DNA of 64,000 nucleotides from Squalus acanthias (taxonomy: Eukaryota): NCBI GenBank assembly GCA_030390025.1, contig CM059431.1, positions 102,674,001-102,738,000 of the forward strand. The letters run 5' to 3'. Of this stretch, positions 1 through 12,625 are shown one piece after another. Each line of letters begins with the position of its first letter. Within the stretch, counting starts at the first letter, position 1. Below the pieces are notes generated by a model, which worked only from the letters and a program-made list of their open reading frames with translations, was not told the origin of the DNA and did not search any database. The translations under genes were made by a program, and so were the position numbers.

Positions 1-81
1 ATGGAGCATACAGACATTTGAGAAATGTTCTGTACCACCATGCTGCTCAACATGGTCTGTGTTGTATGAGAACAGATTGCT

Positions 82-496
82 CATTGGCCCGGATTTTGCG
101 GTCGGACGACGGCGAACTGGCAGCGTTTGCCGTCATTCCTCCTTTGAAACTGACCGCAACTTTATTTCAGGTTTGCCTTTTCCCCATGCGAGAGCCCGAA
201 CCTTCGTTTTGCTCTCAACATTTTTTTTTAAAAAGTTAGAATCAAAAGGAGCTCACTCACACTTCCTTGTTCGCTGTCTGTGCGAATTCTGCGTTTTGAC
301 TGGCTGCTTAGACAGCTTGTTGACGTCACAGCAGCTCGCACAAGGGAATCCCCACTGCAGTCCGTTGAATTGAATTGAATGTCGGAAAACCACCAAGTTC
401 GAGACACAGGGATCGCGAGATCCTTGTGCGAAGCGTTATTCAAGGTCAGCGGCGAATGCCTTTGCTTCGCCGCTGACCGCAGATTCCGGGCCAATG
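82..496. mobile_element. MITE-like non-autonomous DNA transposon
   Basis: Imperfect TIRs of about 30 bp: CATTGGCCCGGATTTTGCGGTC... and ...GACCGCAGATTCCGGGCCAATG. Contains a 13-bp perfect inverted repeat (444-456/466-478). Confidence 0.75.
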
Positions 497-974
497 TGTT
501 CCACGGATGGAATGCAACTCCCCCCCACCCCAACCAATGTGGGATTCTGAAAATGTTACTGGAATGGGATAATGTTAAAAGAAATAAGTGTGTTTAACAT
601 TCATGACATTGGCAACATGATGTTCGATCATCACTGTTATGCCACAAATATAGGGCACTTTGCAAGATTTTTGAAATGTCTTTTAATGCCATGCTTGTAT
701 ATTTAGGGGAGAAAAGACCCACCTGACATAATCCAAATATTTCCACTCAGTAAAGACAGAAGTTTTATAACGGATATTACAATTTTTGAAATTAAAGAAA
801 TATATATAATTTCCTAGTAACTCCACTGGAGGTTAAATTCTGGTAATCCGCAATTACGTCACAAACTGAAACTTTCAGTGAGGATGCCATCATGTTATCA
901 ACTGAATGGAATAGCCTGGCAGTGGATGTTGACCATTATGCTCAGACGATTTGGACTCGGGAATCGGAAGCACA

Positions 975-1945
975 ATTTCAAAATTTGCAGAAGACATCAA
1001 ATTGGGGGGGGGGTTTAGTAAATATGGAGGAAGACTGCGACTGAGTATGTAATTGGCAAATGAATTTCAATAGAGATAAGTGTGAGGTGGTGCATTTTGG
1101 TAGGAAGAATAAGGAGGCCACATACTCCTTGGAAAATAAGAGCCTAAATGGGGTACAGGAGCAGGTGGATCTAGGTTACAGATACACAAATCACTAAAAG
1201 TAGCGATACAGGTTAATAAGGCCATTAAAAAAAGTAAACAAAGCACTGGGGTCCATTTCTAGGGGGATAGAACTGAAAAGCAGAGAAGTTACGTTAAACT
1301 TGTATAGAACCTTGTTTAGACCACACTTGGAGTACTGTGCAGAGTTCTGATCTCCATATTATAAAACGGATATAGAGGCACTGGAGAAGGTGCAAATACG
1401 ATTTACAAGGATGACACCAGAACTAAGAGGTAAACCTATGAGGAAAGATTGAACAGGCTGGGGCTCTTTTCTCTAGAAAAGAGAAGGCGGAGGAGTGACC
1501 TGATAAGAGATCTTTACGATTATGAAAGGGTTTGATAGGGTAGACTCGAGGGGCCGTATGGCCTACTTCTGCTCCTAATTCTTATGTTCTTTGACGTAGA
1601 GAAGATGGGTAGACGTAGAGAAGGTGTTTGCACTTGTGGGGAGACCAAAACTAGGGGCCATAAATATAAGATAGTCACTAATAAATCCAATAGGGAATTC
1701 AAGAGAAACTTCTTTACCCAGAGAGTGGTGAGAATGTGGAACTCGCTACCACAGGGAGTGGTTGAGGTGAATAGCATAGATGGATTTAAAGGGAAGCTAG
1801 ATAAACACACGAGGGAGAAAGGAATAGAAGGATATGTTGATAGGGTGAGATGAAGTAGAGTGGGAGGAGGCTCGTGTGCAACGTAAACACAGGCATGGAC
1901 CACTTGGGGCCAAATGGCCTGTTTCTGTGCTGTAAATACTATGTA
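975..1945 (+). mobile_element. CR1 LINE 3' fragment
   Basis: Degenerate RT C-terminus (RPHLEYCA, TRGHKYKI, NFFTQRVVRMWNSLP) followed by a CR1 3' UTR. Confidence 0.9.
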
Positions 1946-3864
1946 ATTGTTGGAAAGAGAAAAACTTTCCACAGCTGTGCTTGATCTTTGTGGCAAACAT
2001 AATGCTGCTATAAGGATATTTATATGCAAGAAAACCTTGAGTTCATAAAATTAGAAATTTCTGAGTTTCACTTTCACAATTGCCATCTGAGCCCTTAAGA
2101 TTATTTTGCCTGTGGATCACCATGGGAGAGAAACTGCAGCCCATCACTAGAGTGAGCAGCATATCACTGCATTCATGCATTCCATCATCAGCAATACATT
2201 TTGTTTGAAATCTTGGGTCTAAAATAAAAACTAAGGATAAGAATGTCAATAAAGAAGAATTAATTAATCATCATCTGCTTGGTCTCCAGTTAATGCACCC
2301 AAGGATATGTAGGCCACAAAAGGATCAGGTCAGTAGGCAGTACTGCTAAACGGCGCTGAAAGGACACAAGCAATGTTGCCAAGACCTAGTCTCAGAACAA
2401 CACAGCTGCATCAGGTAACTCTTTCATTTTACCCATTTTGGCTACTGGCTTCTCTGCTTTTAATGCTTAATTAGAACCAACACTGAACCAAGACTTCCAA
2501 AACAGACTTGGACAAAGTTCCACATGAAGGACTACTACTTAGGCATAAAGAAACAAGAATTCAAGGTCAAATCTAGGAATCGATAAGAAATTTGGAAGCA
2601 GCGGCCAATGGGGCAGGAAGTAATGTCAGGGTGAGAATGAAGGGAGGTACCTATTAGAGTGCTGGGGGGGGGGGGGGGGGTGAGGGGATCGGATCAGTAT
2701 TGGGATCTGTGCTGTTTGTAGCTTACACTAATAACCTGTATTCAGAAGCTCAGATTCGGAGACAATATCAAACCGGGGGTAGAAGCAGTAATATCTGAAG
2801 AGGTAGCCAAGGTCCGACAAAATGAGTTAGTCAAAATACGTAAATGGATAGAAAGGGTAAAAAATAAAACTCAAGGAAGATAAAAGTATTGCAAGATACC
2901 ATTTCTTTAGTCTCAAGTCGAACCAACAACGACCACCACACTGAAGATCTTCCGTAACCTATTGACATTCTTGGCCTCATCATCTGCTCTGACCTCAAAT
3001 GGAATTAACAATGGCCTCGATTTTAACCCCCCATATCAAATCTCCATTGTTATGGGTAACTCCCAAGAAGCTTGGTTTCTACTTTTATATTTTCTCAACA
3101 ACTCTCTAAAAAGCCCAAGTCCATCCAAGACTTCACCACTGTTCCCATATCTTCCCACACCTGTCTTGCACTTCTGGACAAGAAAAAGATCCCCCAACAG
3201 GAGAGTCACTTTCCCCTCCACCCCCACCATACAATCACAATCATTCTTTTATTTCTCTTCTAGCGACGCTGCCATGGCCATTGCTGCTGTGACTCTTCCT
3301 CATCTGTTCCCTCTTACACTGCAAGTACATTGTCCTACCTGCAGTTCATCCTTCGTACAGTCTCACTGAGTTGAAATCATAATTAACTGCAGTGTACTAA
3401 TTAACTCATTATTTTATAAGACCTCAAAACTATTGAACTCCTTACCTCCCTCAGTCTTGCCTCCTTCCTATAATTTCCAGGCTTTTATAGCACAAGCTCT
3501 GTTACCTAATCACTAGTTCTCTCTTCTACTCTCTTCAACCTTGGTAGTGCTCTGCCCCATGGGACTTGGTTCTTCGTGTAGACTTTCAAAAACAAAACAA
3601 AAAAAATCATACAGAAACAAAATGAAATCATTAAAATAATTGCAAACTAAGAGCAACACAAAAAGGCACAGCATTAAAAAAAATAATGAAAATCAAAGTG
3701 TCTCTCTAGCATCCAAATTACGTGGGTGCAATGAAACCAAGATCAAACCTTCACCCACAAAGACAGAAAAGCTTCGAAACTCAGTCTGCCATGTTGCAAA
3801 GTGGAGCCCAACAGGGAGACCAAAACGGAGGCCTGGGGAAATCAGATGTGGACTGGAAGGATGA

Positions 3865-4162
3865 GGTCAATAACCAGTGGGCATAGATTTAAAGTAATTG
3901 GTAGAAGGATTAGAGGGGAGTTGAGGGGTACTTTTTTCACCCAGAGGGTGGTAGGGTTCTGGAACTCTCTGCCTGAAAGGTTGGTAGAGGCAGAAATCCT
4001 CATCACATTTAAAATGTACTTGGATATGCACTCGAAGTGCCATAACCTGCAAGGATACGGACCAAGAGCTGGTAAGCTGGATAGCTCTTTTTCGGTTGGC
4101 ACAGACACAATGGGTCGAATAGCCTCCTTCTGTGCTGTAAATTTCTATGATACTATTCTATG
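3865..4162 (+). mobile_element. CR1 LINE 3' end
   Basis: GHRFKVIGRRIRGELRGTFFTQRVVGFWNSLPE followed by a CR1-type tail. Confidence 0.88.
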
Positions 4163-6074
4163 AGGTCTAAAAGGGAGCTCCGGGTTGAAAGGGGAGATGT
4201 GCACTAAGGGCTGGGCCAGTGGAATTAATGTAGCTTTGAAAAATACATACACGCCTCAAGGCTTCAACTTTGAAAATCTACATGGTGCGCTGAATGTTGT
4301 CACAAGCAGCTTTGCTCAATTGGACAACTAAAAATAAATCTATTTTGCAGGTCACCTCTGATGACAAGAATGGTTCTGCAGCAAAATGAAATATTAAAAA
4401 GGTTACAATGTGGTTTATTAAGAGAAAACGATAAATGTTTCAATACCATGTACTGTACCATTTTTACTTTCTCAGATTCAGCATTAGAACATTTTCCAAC
4501 TTTTTTGCAGCTGTTTTATGTAAGTTGGAAAGATACAAAATTCCCTATTCAAGATTTACAGTTAATCAAACACCTGTAACAGCCTATGAGCCACTGTTTA
4601 GAATTAAAAATACTTTACTCATCTTTCATTCTAAACTTAAGAAAATTATCATTTTGAAGGTAAAGTCAACATTCTGCAAGACAGTTAGGCGTTGATCAAA
4701 CTAGGTATTTTGCCTTTTTTGGACTTATTGGTGCAGATTAACAGTCGGCAGTACCAAGGCCTGTTTAGTGTTGTTACCGTTTGAATTCGAAGCTCAGGTT
4801 AATACAAGAATTGAAGCATAAGTACTTATAGGCAAACAAATGTGTTTTAAGGGTTTGGGGTGGGGGAGAAGGAGAAGAAAGTACTGTATACACAAAACTC
4901 TAATGGTACATTATTGTCTTTAATAAAGGCTAAAGTTAAAGAAAAGTATTTAATTCCAAACTTTAGTCGTATTATTAAGACTTATTCGGAACAAGAGCTA
5001 CCAATTTTTCTGGTCATTAATTTATCCTTATTTTATCTTTTGTGTATATTATGTAACGTGTTAAGGCCGCAGAAACAGGATAAATATGGTTACTCAGACA
5101 ATAGAAAGACCTGGGAGAAGTTGTATTGCAAGGAGTACCAACAGACCCAGACCCTGGAAGTCAGCCACAGCTTTCCTCTCTTCACCAGCAGGGGAAGTAT
5201 GGCCAACTGCGTGGTGGCATTCTTGCTGACGGCTGACAAGAGGTTCTGTAAATATCCAGCAGGTTTGGCAAGAGCAATCTTTCCCCCTCTCCTCTTGGAG
5301 AAGGGTCCACATATTACACTTCTGCACTCCATTCAGAAACCCATTTAAGAATTGACAAAACTCATCCAACGGAGGCAGTGGACTCGAGAAACAGGTAGCA
5401 TTACGACTTACAAATTGTCCTTCATGCTCAGCAGGTAAACACTACCCCTGCTTGCGCTGAATAATAACCAATTTCTTGCATTTCTAAAAGGGATCTTTGC
5501 AAAAAAATCACAATTTTTTTGTCCGTACACATACATCTATCAATTTAAAGCAGTATGATTCATCACGCCATTTGGTTTAATTACAAAAAAAGTGAAAAGC
5601 TACACTGAACATTAAGAACACGGTACTTTCAAAAAAATAAACAAATTTTCTCCAATATAGATGGCGTGCTCAGGAATAAAAGGAACTTATCTAGAAGTAC
5701 TGAAATATTTTTTAATTTTTATGTTGACACCAAAATATTTACTTAATAAATTATGTTTTGCTGCATGGTGCAACAACAGTGCAACTTAGTTTTAATGAAC
5801 TTTAAACAAAAAATGTGATTAGTACAGCGAGGTTGAAATTAATGAAAAATAATGCAGCACAGAACACACAAAAACATACTGTTGTCTGGGATAAATGACA
5901 ACTCTAAACAAGTGCCTTCGGCAACTGTTCAATTTGCTGTTGCTTCAGCAACCAGGTAATTTACAAGTTCGGCAAAATTTTAGAAAGTTGTTTGACGAGC
6001 ACTCGTTTAGAGTCGTGGGGTGGGGGTGGGGGGGGAGGAAGGGTTTATGAAAGAAAGCTGTAAAAGGAGCAAAC

Positions 6075-6169
6075 CTGATTGGCTGTAGCTGCTGCGGCGA
6101 AGGGAACGCTTGTGGCAGGTGTTGTTGCTGCAGAGACAGTGGCGGGCGTAGCACTGTGCATCAGGGGTA
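6075..6169 (-). CDS. MBNL2: MBNL 95-nt alternative exon
   Basis: GAAAG|TA CCC...CAG|GTTTGC. Translates [32 protein letters not shown]; exactly 95 nt, phase 1-0. Confidence 0.95.
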
Positions 6170-7253
6170 CTTTCAGGAAGGGAACCATGGAAGCAATGAA
6201 CAGAAGGGTGCGGCACATGGCAACCATGACATGTGTTGGATTTTTTGGGCATGGCAGATATCACATAGCAGAAAGCCATCGTGGAGGGAGGAGGAGGTTA
6301 CACCAGCGGGTGACATGCAATCATAATGCAAAGCAAGGAAGCATGGGAGAAAATTAAAAAAAAGAGAAAGGAAAAAGCTTATTACAATCACAATTAAAAG
6401 GACCAATGCCAACATAATCAGGGTTTCCCAGAGAACACACAATAGGAAGGTAGGGGCATGGGGAAAAAGTGACCACAAATATTCTTCAACTCTCCTCCCC
6501 TCTCACTTATGGTCTTTCTTAAATGTTCTGGAGTTAAAATCTTTTGACAAAAGATTGGTCGAATAAACTCAATACTGCCTGTATTAGAATTTTTTTTAAT
6601 GTTGCATTGTATTAGTAAGAAAAGTTTTTAAAGAATGTCCCTCCCTGAAATTCTCTGGGAGACTCTGATACATAATATATTAAGACTTGATTCTCTACCT
6701 TACTTAAAATAGATTCAATGTTATCAAGCAAAACTAAGTTGCTTAAAGAGGTATTTACACATAGAAGGGTTTTACTGTGGAAAATCAGATTTTACAATAT
6801 GTTTTCCATTTCCAACTATCTTCTCACAGACTACAGAAACAGCTTGGTGTGGATTATAAGCACCGTCTGGGCTGAATGGAGGAAAAAGTAATTTTCTCAG
6901 CCAGTCTTTGTTCCAAAAGGTCAGTCATAATAAATTCAAGTTACTCAAAACAATCAGGAAATGCATGCAGTGATTGGTTACCGCGATTTAGTTACTCAAA
7001 ATAATAATTTACTACCTTATCCTAACTCTTACAGGTGAATCACAATGCACAAGGTGTGAAACAGTTAAACAAAATTCTATTACATTCTACATTAAAATTA
7101 ACTTTCTCAGATTCAGTTTAACTGTACCCAAGAAATAGTTCAATGATTTAATTCTATATTTCATAGCAAATTCAAGTGTTTAGGACAAATTAAAAAAAGA
7201 CTGCACGAGCTTCTCATTACATTCAAGGTTAGGAAACAAAAGATGGAACCTAC

Positions 7254-7292
7254 CAACAGTTGTAGCTGGAGGAGTCATGCAAAACACCGACC
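7254..7292 (-). CDS. MBNL2: Small alternative exon (39 nt; equivalent of the mammalian 36-nt exon)
   Basis: GGCAG|GG TCG...GTT G|GTAGGT. Translates GSVFCMTPPATTV, phase 1-1. Confidence 0.9.
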
Positions 7293-8482
7293 CTGCCATC
7301 ATGCAGAACATTTAGAAAGGTGAATTTGGAAAAAAAAAGTATTAACAAATGCATGGTTAGTGTTAGATCACAAAGCCAAGATCTTGAAGAACAAATACAA
7401 AAAAAAACTTCCACATCTCAGTTAGTTTTAACACTGCTAGGCCCAGTTCAAAACTCCAAATGTTCCTCTTTCCACGTGTACCTCATTAAACAATGAATTT
7501 GTAAGAAATGCTACACCAAATAAGAGCTCTTCACGAACATATTTAAAAAAAAAAAGTCCTTGTGGCAATCCAGGGGATGTACAGAACACTGATGTCGGTT
7601 ACATTATTAGAGCAGAGTGCAGAACAGGTGACACAGCATAATGAAGGTAGAGGTGGAATGTAGGGCTATTTTGAGTTTTAATGCCCTTTGAGTCACGTAT
7701 CAACTGGAAACAAAAACTCGAGACTAAGTTGAAAAAGCAGCAATCGGTTTCCAGATGTTAGATGGTGATTTCATTCCGACCATGTTTGAATGCACATTAC
7801 CCTCGAACATGGAACAGAGTAAAGTAGCAAAACAATAATATCTTTTGAAATATTAAAGGGCTCATTTTTAATTTGTGATAGAACATGAATTTTATTAAAT
7901 TATGAAGTCATAATACTAAATCTCATTAAATTTGGACGCTGCTAGCTAGTGATTGTTTACATAAGTAACAAATCAAGATCAAGAATTTTTAAGCTTAAGT
8001 TTCGATTATCAGCAATAACTACTTTTAATTTATCTAAAGAATAATTTGGTGTAGTTTTTAAAAAAAAGCATATACCAAATATAATTAGTAATTCTGAATG
8101 AGTCATATTTAGCAAATTTGCAGCACTGTACTTGACAGCAAAACGCTCCATGCATCTAATTCCATGTCAATGAAGTACTGATTGCCATTTAATCATTGCA
8201 TCAATGTTTTGCAAATAAACAAAAAAGATTTGCCAAGCACTTTAAAAAAAAAAGATGGTATCCCATTAGCATTTAAATGAGTCAACTACTGCACACAATA
8301 TACAAGTTTTTATTTCAGCTGGGTATTTGAGGCTTATCGCATTAAATAAATAATTGATGGCCTAGTGTCAAGTAAGTGCACATTTGACTGCTTTTTTTGT
8401 TCTTCTGTGCAAGAATAGTAACGGTTAGCAAAAGAACGTTCAGACGTTAAACGCTGCATTTCACTTGTGACTCAGACACTTT

Positions 8483-9175
8483 GTGCTGAATTTTCATGGG
8501 GAAGGCGGGTAGGGAGCAGGAGGGGCTCCGAAGCGGTCGGGAAACCTGGGAGAGCAGGTTTCCCACAGGCCCTGCTGAATTTAACAGCAGGGTCTGATTT
8601 GCATAGGAAACCTCTGTCTCCTACCCGCAGCCAGCCAGATTGAGGGGCTGGCTGGCTCCGGGTGGGTAGGCCTGTGGCACTAGGCCACACAGAGGAGGGA
8701 GGGAGGGATCGCATGGGAGTGGCCAGAGGAGCCGGGGGGGGGGGGGGGGGGGGGGGGAGAAGAGAGAGAGTGGCCTCGTTGGGGGAGGGGGTGGGGGAGG
8801 GGGACGGTCTCCGATCGCGGGAGGTAGGTTACGTAGGGACACTGGATTCAGGAGGTAAGTGTAAAGGCACTTACCTCCCGGATCCATCACACCTCGCCTT
8901 TCATTAGTTGGCGGGTTTCACAAGGCCTGCAAAACCCGACCAGCTAAAGTTAAATACAAAATAGAGGTTAAAGTAGAGGCTTCCAGCATCATTATAATAT
9001 TTAAATAGACGACCCGCCTCCCGAGAGCGGGTTGGCTGCCTGCCCCACTGTCCCGCCTCCGTTAAAACCGGAAGTGAGCGGGTTGGAGACGGGTTCCGGT
9101 CGGGATTCAGATTTTTAAAACATACGACCCCAACCCACCTGGTTTTTTTTTTGGTTTTTTTAGGATAAAACTCCC
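8483..9175. mobile_element. GC-rich MITE-like DNA element
   Basis: Abrupt GC/CpG-rich island with repeated GGCGGG/CCCGCC motifs and degenerate ends resembling the GGGCTGGATTTT family. Confidence 0.5.
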
Positions 9176-9799
9176 TTTAACTCCTCAGTTTTTGCTTCTG
9201 TGGCAGCGTAGGTTCATGAGAAATATTGAAATATTTAAATTTATTGCCCTGGCTTTTCCTTTTTCAATAAGAAGTTATCACTGGCGATAACTGAGAATTT
9301 AGCAGTGGTGTGGTAATTGATTACTCTTAAGAGGAACTAGAACTGGGGGGAACAGCAGGGGAGTGGGATTAACTGGATAGCTCTTTCAACGAGCAGCACA
9401 GGCACGATGGGCCGAATGGTCTCCTTCTGTGCTGCATGATTCTAAAAGGCAATTAGGATGAGAAAAACTTTAATCTTTCTGTTTTTAAATATCAGCATAA
9501 ACTGAAAGATGGCTTTATATCTATAACTTAAAAAAAGAGAGCCTGGCCAGAATACTACATTTGAATCGGTGCTTAATGGCAGGAGCAGTAGTTAGGGAGG
9601 TTTACCATTGGTGGTAACCAGTTACTACCAACAAAAAGGAAGTAAGCTTAAAAAGGTGCACATCACCAATATTATGTACAGAAATAAACACCAAGAAAAA
9701 CAGTAAGCTTTAAAGATGCCTAAACGTAACATTTACTACTAAACAGTCCTTTTTATGTTAGGTGTTACTGGTTAACATGGTGCAATCTTTTAAATTAAA

Positions 9800-10210
9800 T
9801 CTCTTGAAAAAAGAAGGCTGAGGGGTGACCTAATAGAGGTCTATAAAATTATGAAAGGTTTTGATAGAGTGGATACAGAGAGAATGTTTCCACTTGTGGG
9901 GAAGAGCATAACTAGAGGCCATCAATATAAGAAAGTCACCAAGAAATCCAATCGGGAATTCAGGAGAAACCTCTTTACCCAGAGAGAGTGGTGAGAATGT
10001 GGAACTCGCTCCCACAGGGAGTGGTTGAGGCGAATAGTATCGATGCATTTAAGGGGCGGCTGGACAAACATATGAGGGAGAAGGGAATAGAGGGTTATGC
10101 TGATAGATTTAGATGAGGTAAGACGGGAGGAGGACCGAGTGGAGCATAAACACCGGCATGGACTGGTTGGACCGAATGGCCTGTTTCTGTGCCGTATATC
10201 CTATGTAATA
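9800..10210 (+). mobile_element. CR1 LINE 3' end
   Basis: RLRGDLIEVYKIMKGFDRVD motif and 3' UTR; closely similar to the copy at 54855-55480. Confidence 0.9.
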
Positions 10211-10711
10211 TACAGGGATTTTGCATTGACTGGATGTACTGCTCTCCTTAAAATTATTTGTTTTTAAACAGCATCAGGTAAGCCTATCATCATAATTCTT
10301 TTGAAATCTGATGAAAAAATACAGTGAAGCTGTCCCTAAAGACTATGTGTATAGAATCACAACCTGCCGCCAAGCCACTTAATGTAATTCCAAACAAATG
10401 AATGATTCACATAATTTGAACCGGGTTCAAAAGGAAATATCTAAAAGGAAGTTCAGGTTTCACTGTGCAACATCAAAGGTGTTATCTGTTGCATCTTGCC
10501 TTAGAATAAATTAAGCACAGTATTTTAAAGCCATTTTACTTCATGTAATATGCTGTCGTTAAGTGCTAGCAAGAACAGGCAAAGTAAGGTGTAACAAGCA
10601 TAAATACATTTTTGAACATTCAACTCGTGCAGTAATGGCTACATGATCTTATTTGATCAAGTCAACAGTTCAATTTTATAATACTCTCACAGTAAAGGGG
10701 AAAGGACATAC

Positions 10712-10862
10712 CTGTTGGAAAAAATGTTGGCTGCTGCATATGTGCATTGGCTAGAGCCTGTTGGTAGTGCAAAACACTAGGATTAAAGACTGTGCTGGTG
10801 CCATTGCTTTTTTCAAGGGCTGGTCTCTTTGGTAAGTGGTGAAGAACACCAGGTGGGAAGGC
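10712..10862 (-). CDS. MBNL2: MBNL2-like coding exon (151 nt)
   Basis: TCACAG|GCC...ACAG|GTATGT. Translates [51 protein letters not shown]. The AFPPG start is MBNL2-type. Confidence 0.95.
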
Positions 10863-11564
10863 CTGTGAATGAGGGATTTAGTAAGACAGGTATAATAAAT
10901 ATAGAAAATAGAGAAGACAGTATGAAATTCCTGTCATGCACTGAAAGTATCGTATTAGTCAAAGTAGCACAAAAACGCTTTTGTCGGAAGACAGGCTTTC
11001 TGTAAAAGGTACAAGTGTAGCTTTTTAAACAAAGCAAAACAATGCAGCAAATGTTATGCTGTGATATTTGGCAGTATTACATTACACATCTAATAAATAT
11101 GCATTATTTTAAAGCCTGAACTTGCCCGTAACCAAAAAAAAACCATACGTTTAATGAAAATACTTTCACTATATTGGAATTTGGGTACGCAGTTAACAAA
11201 CAATTTAATTAGTGCCGATCGGTACAAGATCCGCACATTGCAACGCTATCAAAGCAGATCAAACTAACTATCATGAATTTAAACTACCATATGTGCACTC
11301 AATAGTGTGCAGTGAAGGCTATTTGCTGCTACACCTGGAATGCAAAAAGCAAACATCCGATATTCAGAAAAATAACTTTACATTTAATACAGTGTGGATT
11401 TTTAATGACCAGTGTACTTAGTTAGTACAAACATTATATCCTTCCAACAAACATCTAATTAGAGGCATGTTTATAATAAAATTAAAAATAAAATCTATTA
11501 AAGTTATCGTACTATTTTACTATAGCTAGTGCATGCAAAGCAAGAAGGTGAAAGGTCAAAGTAC

Positions 11565-11618
11565 CAGGTCAAAGGTTGCCTCGAGGGGTCGTTTCACAGA
11601 TTTGGCAGCCGACTGAGT
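11565..11618 (-). CDS. MBNL2: MBNL 54-nt alternative exon (nuclear localisation cassette)
   Basis: TTTAAG|ACT...CTG|GTACTT. Translates TQSAAKSVKRPLEATFDL; exactly 54 nt. Confidence 0.95.
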
Positions 11619-11765
11619 CTTAAATAGCAGGCAGCGAGCATATGATGGCAATGGACCAATGGGGTTCAAGCGTATTAACATACAGGTAAACAGCAAGCAG
11701 AAGTGCATCATGGGAACAGCAGTACATTGCAGGTAGGTGAGGAGAAAAAACAAAAAAACAAAACC
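11619..11765 (-). promoter_or_regulatory. YGCY-rich MBNL autoregulatory element and AG-exclusion zone upstream of the 54-nt exon
   Basis: No AG on the transcript strand for 11621-11765. Nine YGCY motifs. The polypyrimidine tract is displaced to about 11735-11763. Confidence 0.85.
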
Positions 11766-12234
11766 CTGAATGCAGTATACAACATATATAACACATAGCA
11801 TGCATAAAATGAGTTGTCAAAGGTTGCAGTTACAAATACTGAATTAGTACTGTACAGCAAAATAAGCATTTACTGTACCTTTGTTAAAAGCATAATAGGG
11901 AGCAAAACACAAATATCTTTTAACTATTACTAATATCAACATGTGCAAAATATGTGTGCAATAATCATATATAATTATAATTAATTTATTGCATCTTTCA
12001 GGCTCTTATGAAATATGGAACTACACAAAGATGGCTAGATTCTGCATTGCTCAATTATATGTACCTTTAGGAGGCAGTAAAGCATCAAGAGCCACCCCGC
12101 TCCCATGGAACCAAACCGACCCAACAGAGAGTTCTTGGAAATTATCTACGTTTATTATACTTTCCATTGAAGTAACTACTATATTATTGCTTTCCTTTTT
12201 GGAAAAAAAACCCCCATTGCTGGTGGGGAACCCA

Positions 12235-12625
12235 TAGGGTTACCATTTACCAACCCTCCCGGATTGTCCTGAAATAATCCAGAAATGAAGATTAATCTCC
12301 CAGACATTCCCGTGAGAAAAAACCATGAGGCAATTTCTTCTCCCATTTCGCTCTGGCCAGACTCTCAACAGCAGAGCGTCCAGGATGTAATGTGACCGCA
12401 GCTCATGTGCACTTTGGTCAAGCCATGCGAAGGATACAATGGTTTTTGGAGCACAGAGGATTGTGGGTATTGTAGCTGCCATTATTGGCTCACTGGCACG
12501 AGAATTGACATGTCGAGAGACCAACGGCAGGAGTGTGTGTGTGTGTGTGTGGGGGGGGAGGAGTTAGAGGTCACGTGATGAAACCTCCCATGACGAACAC
12601 AGTCCAACCAGAGTTGGCAACCCTA
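12235..12625. mobile_element. Non-autonomous DNA transposon
   Basis: TIRs TAGGGTTACCA / TGGCAACCCTA. Confidence 0.7.

Noticed and set aside
4860..5348. 162-aa plus-strand ORF and overlapping minus ORFs (MECRSVIC...)
   Set aside because: No recognisable domain or exon structure. The resemblance to the MBNL2 alternative C-terminus (GMECQES) is too short to support.
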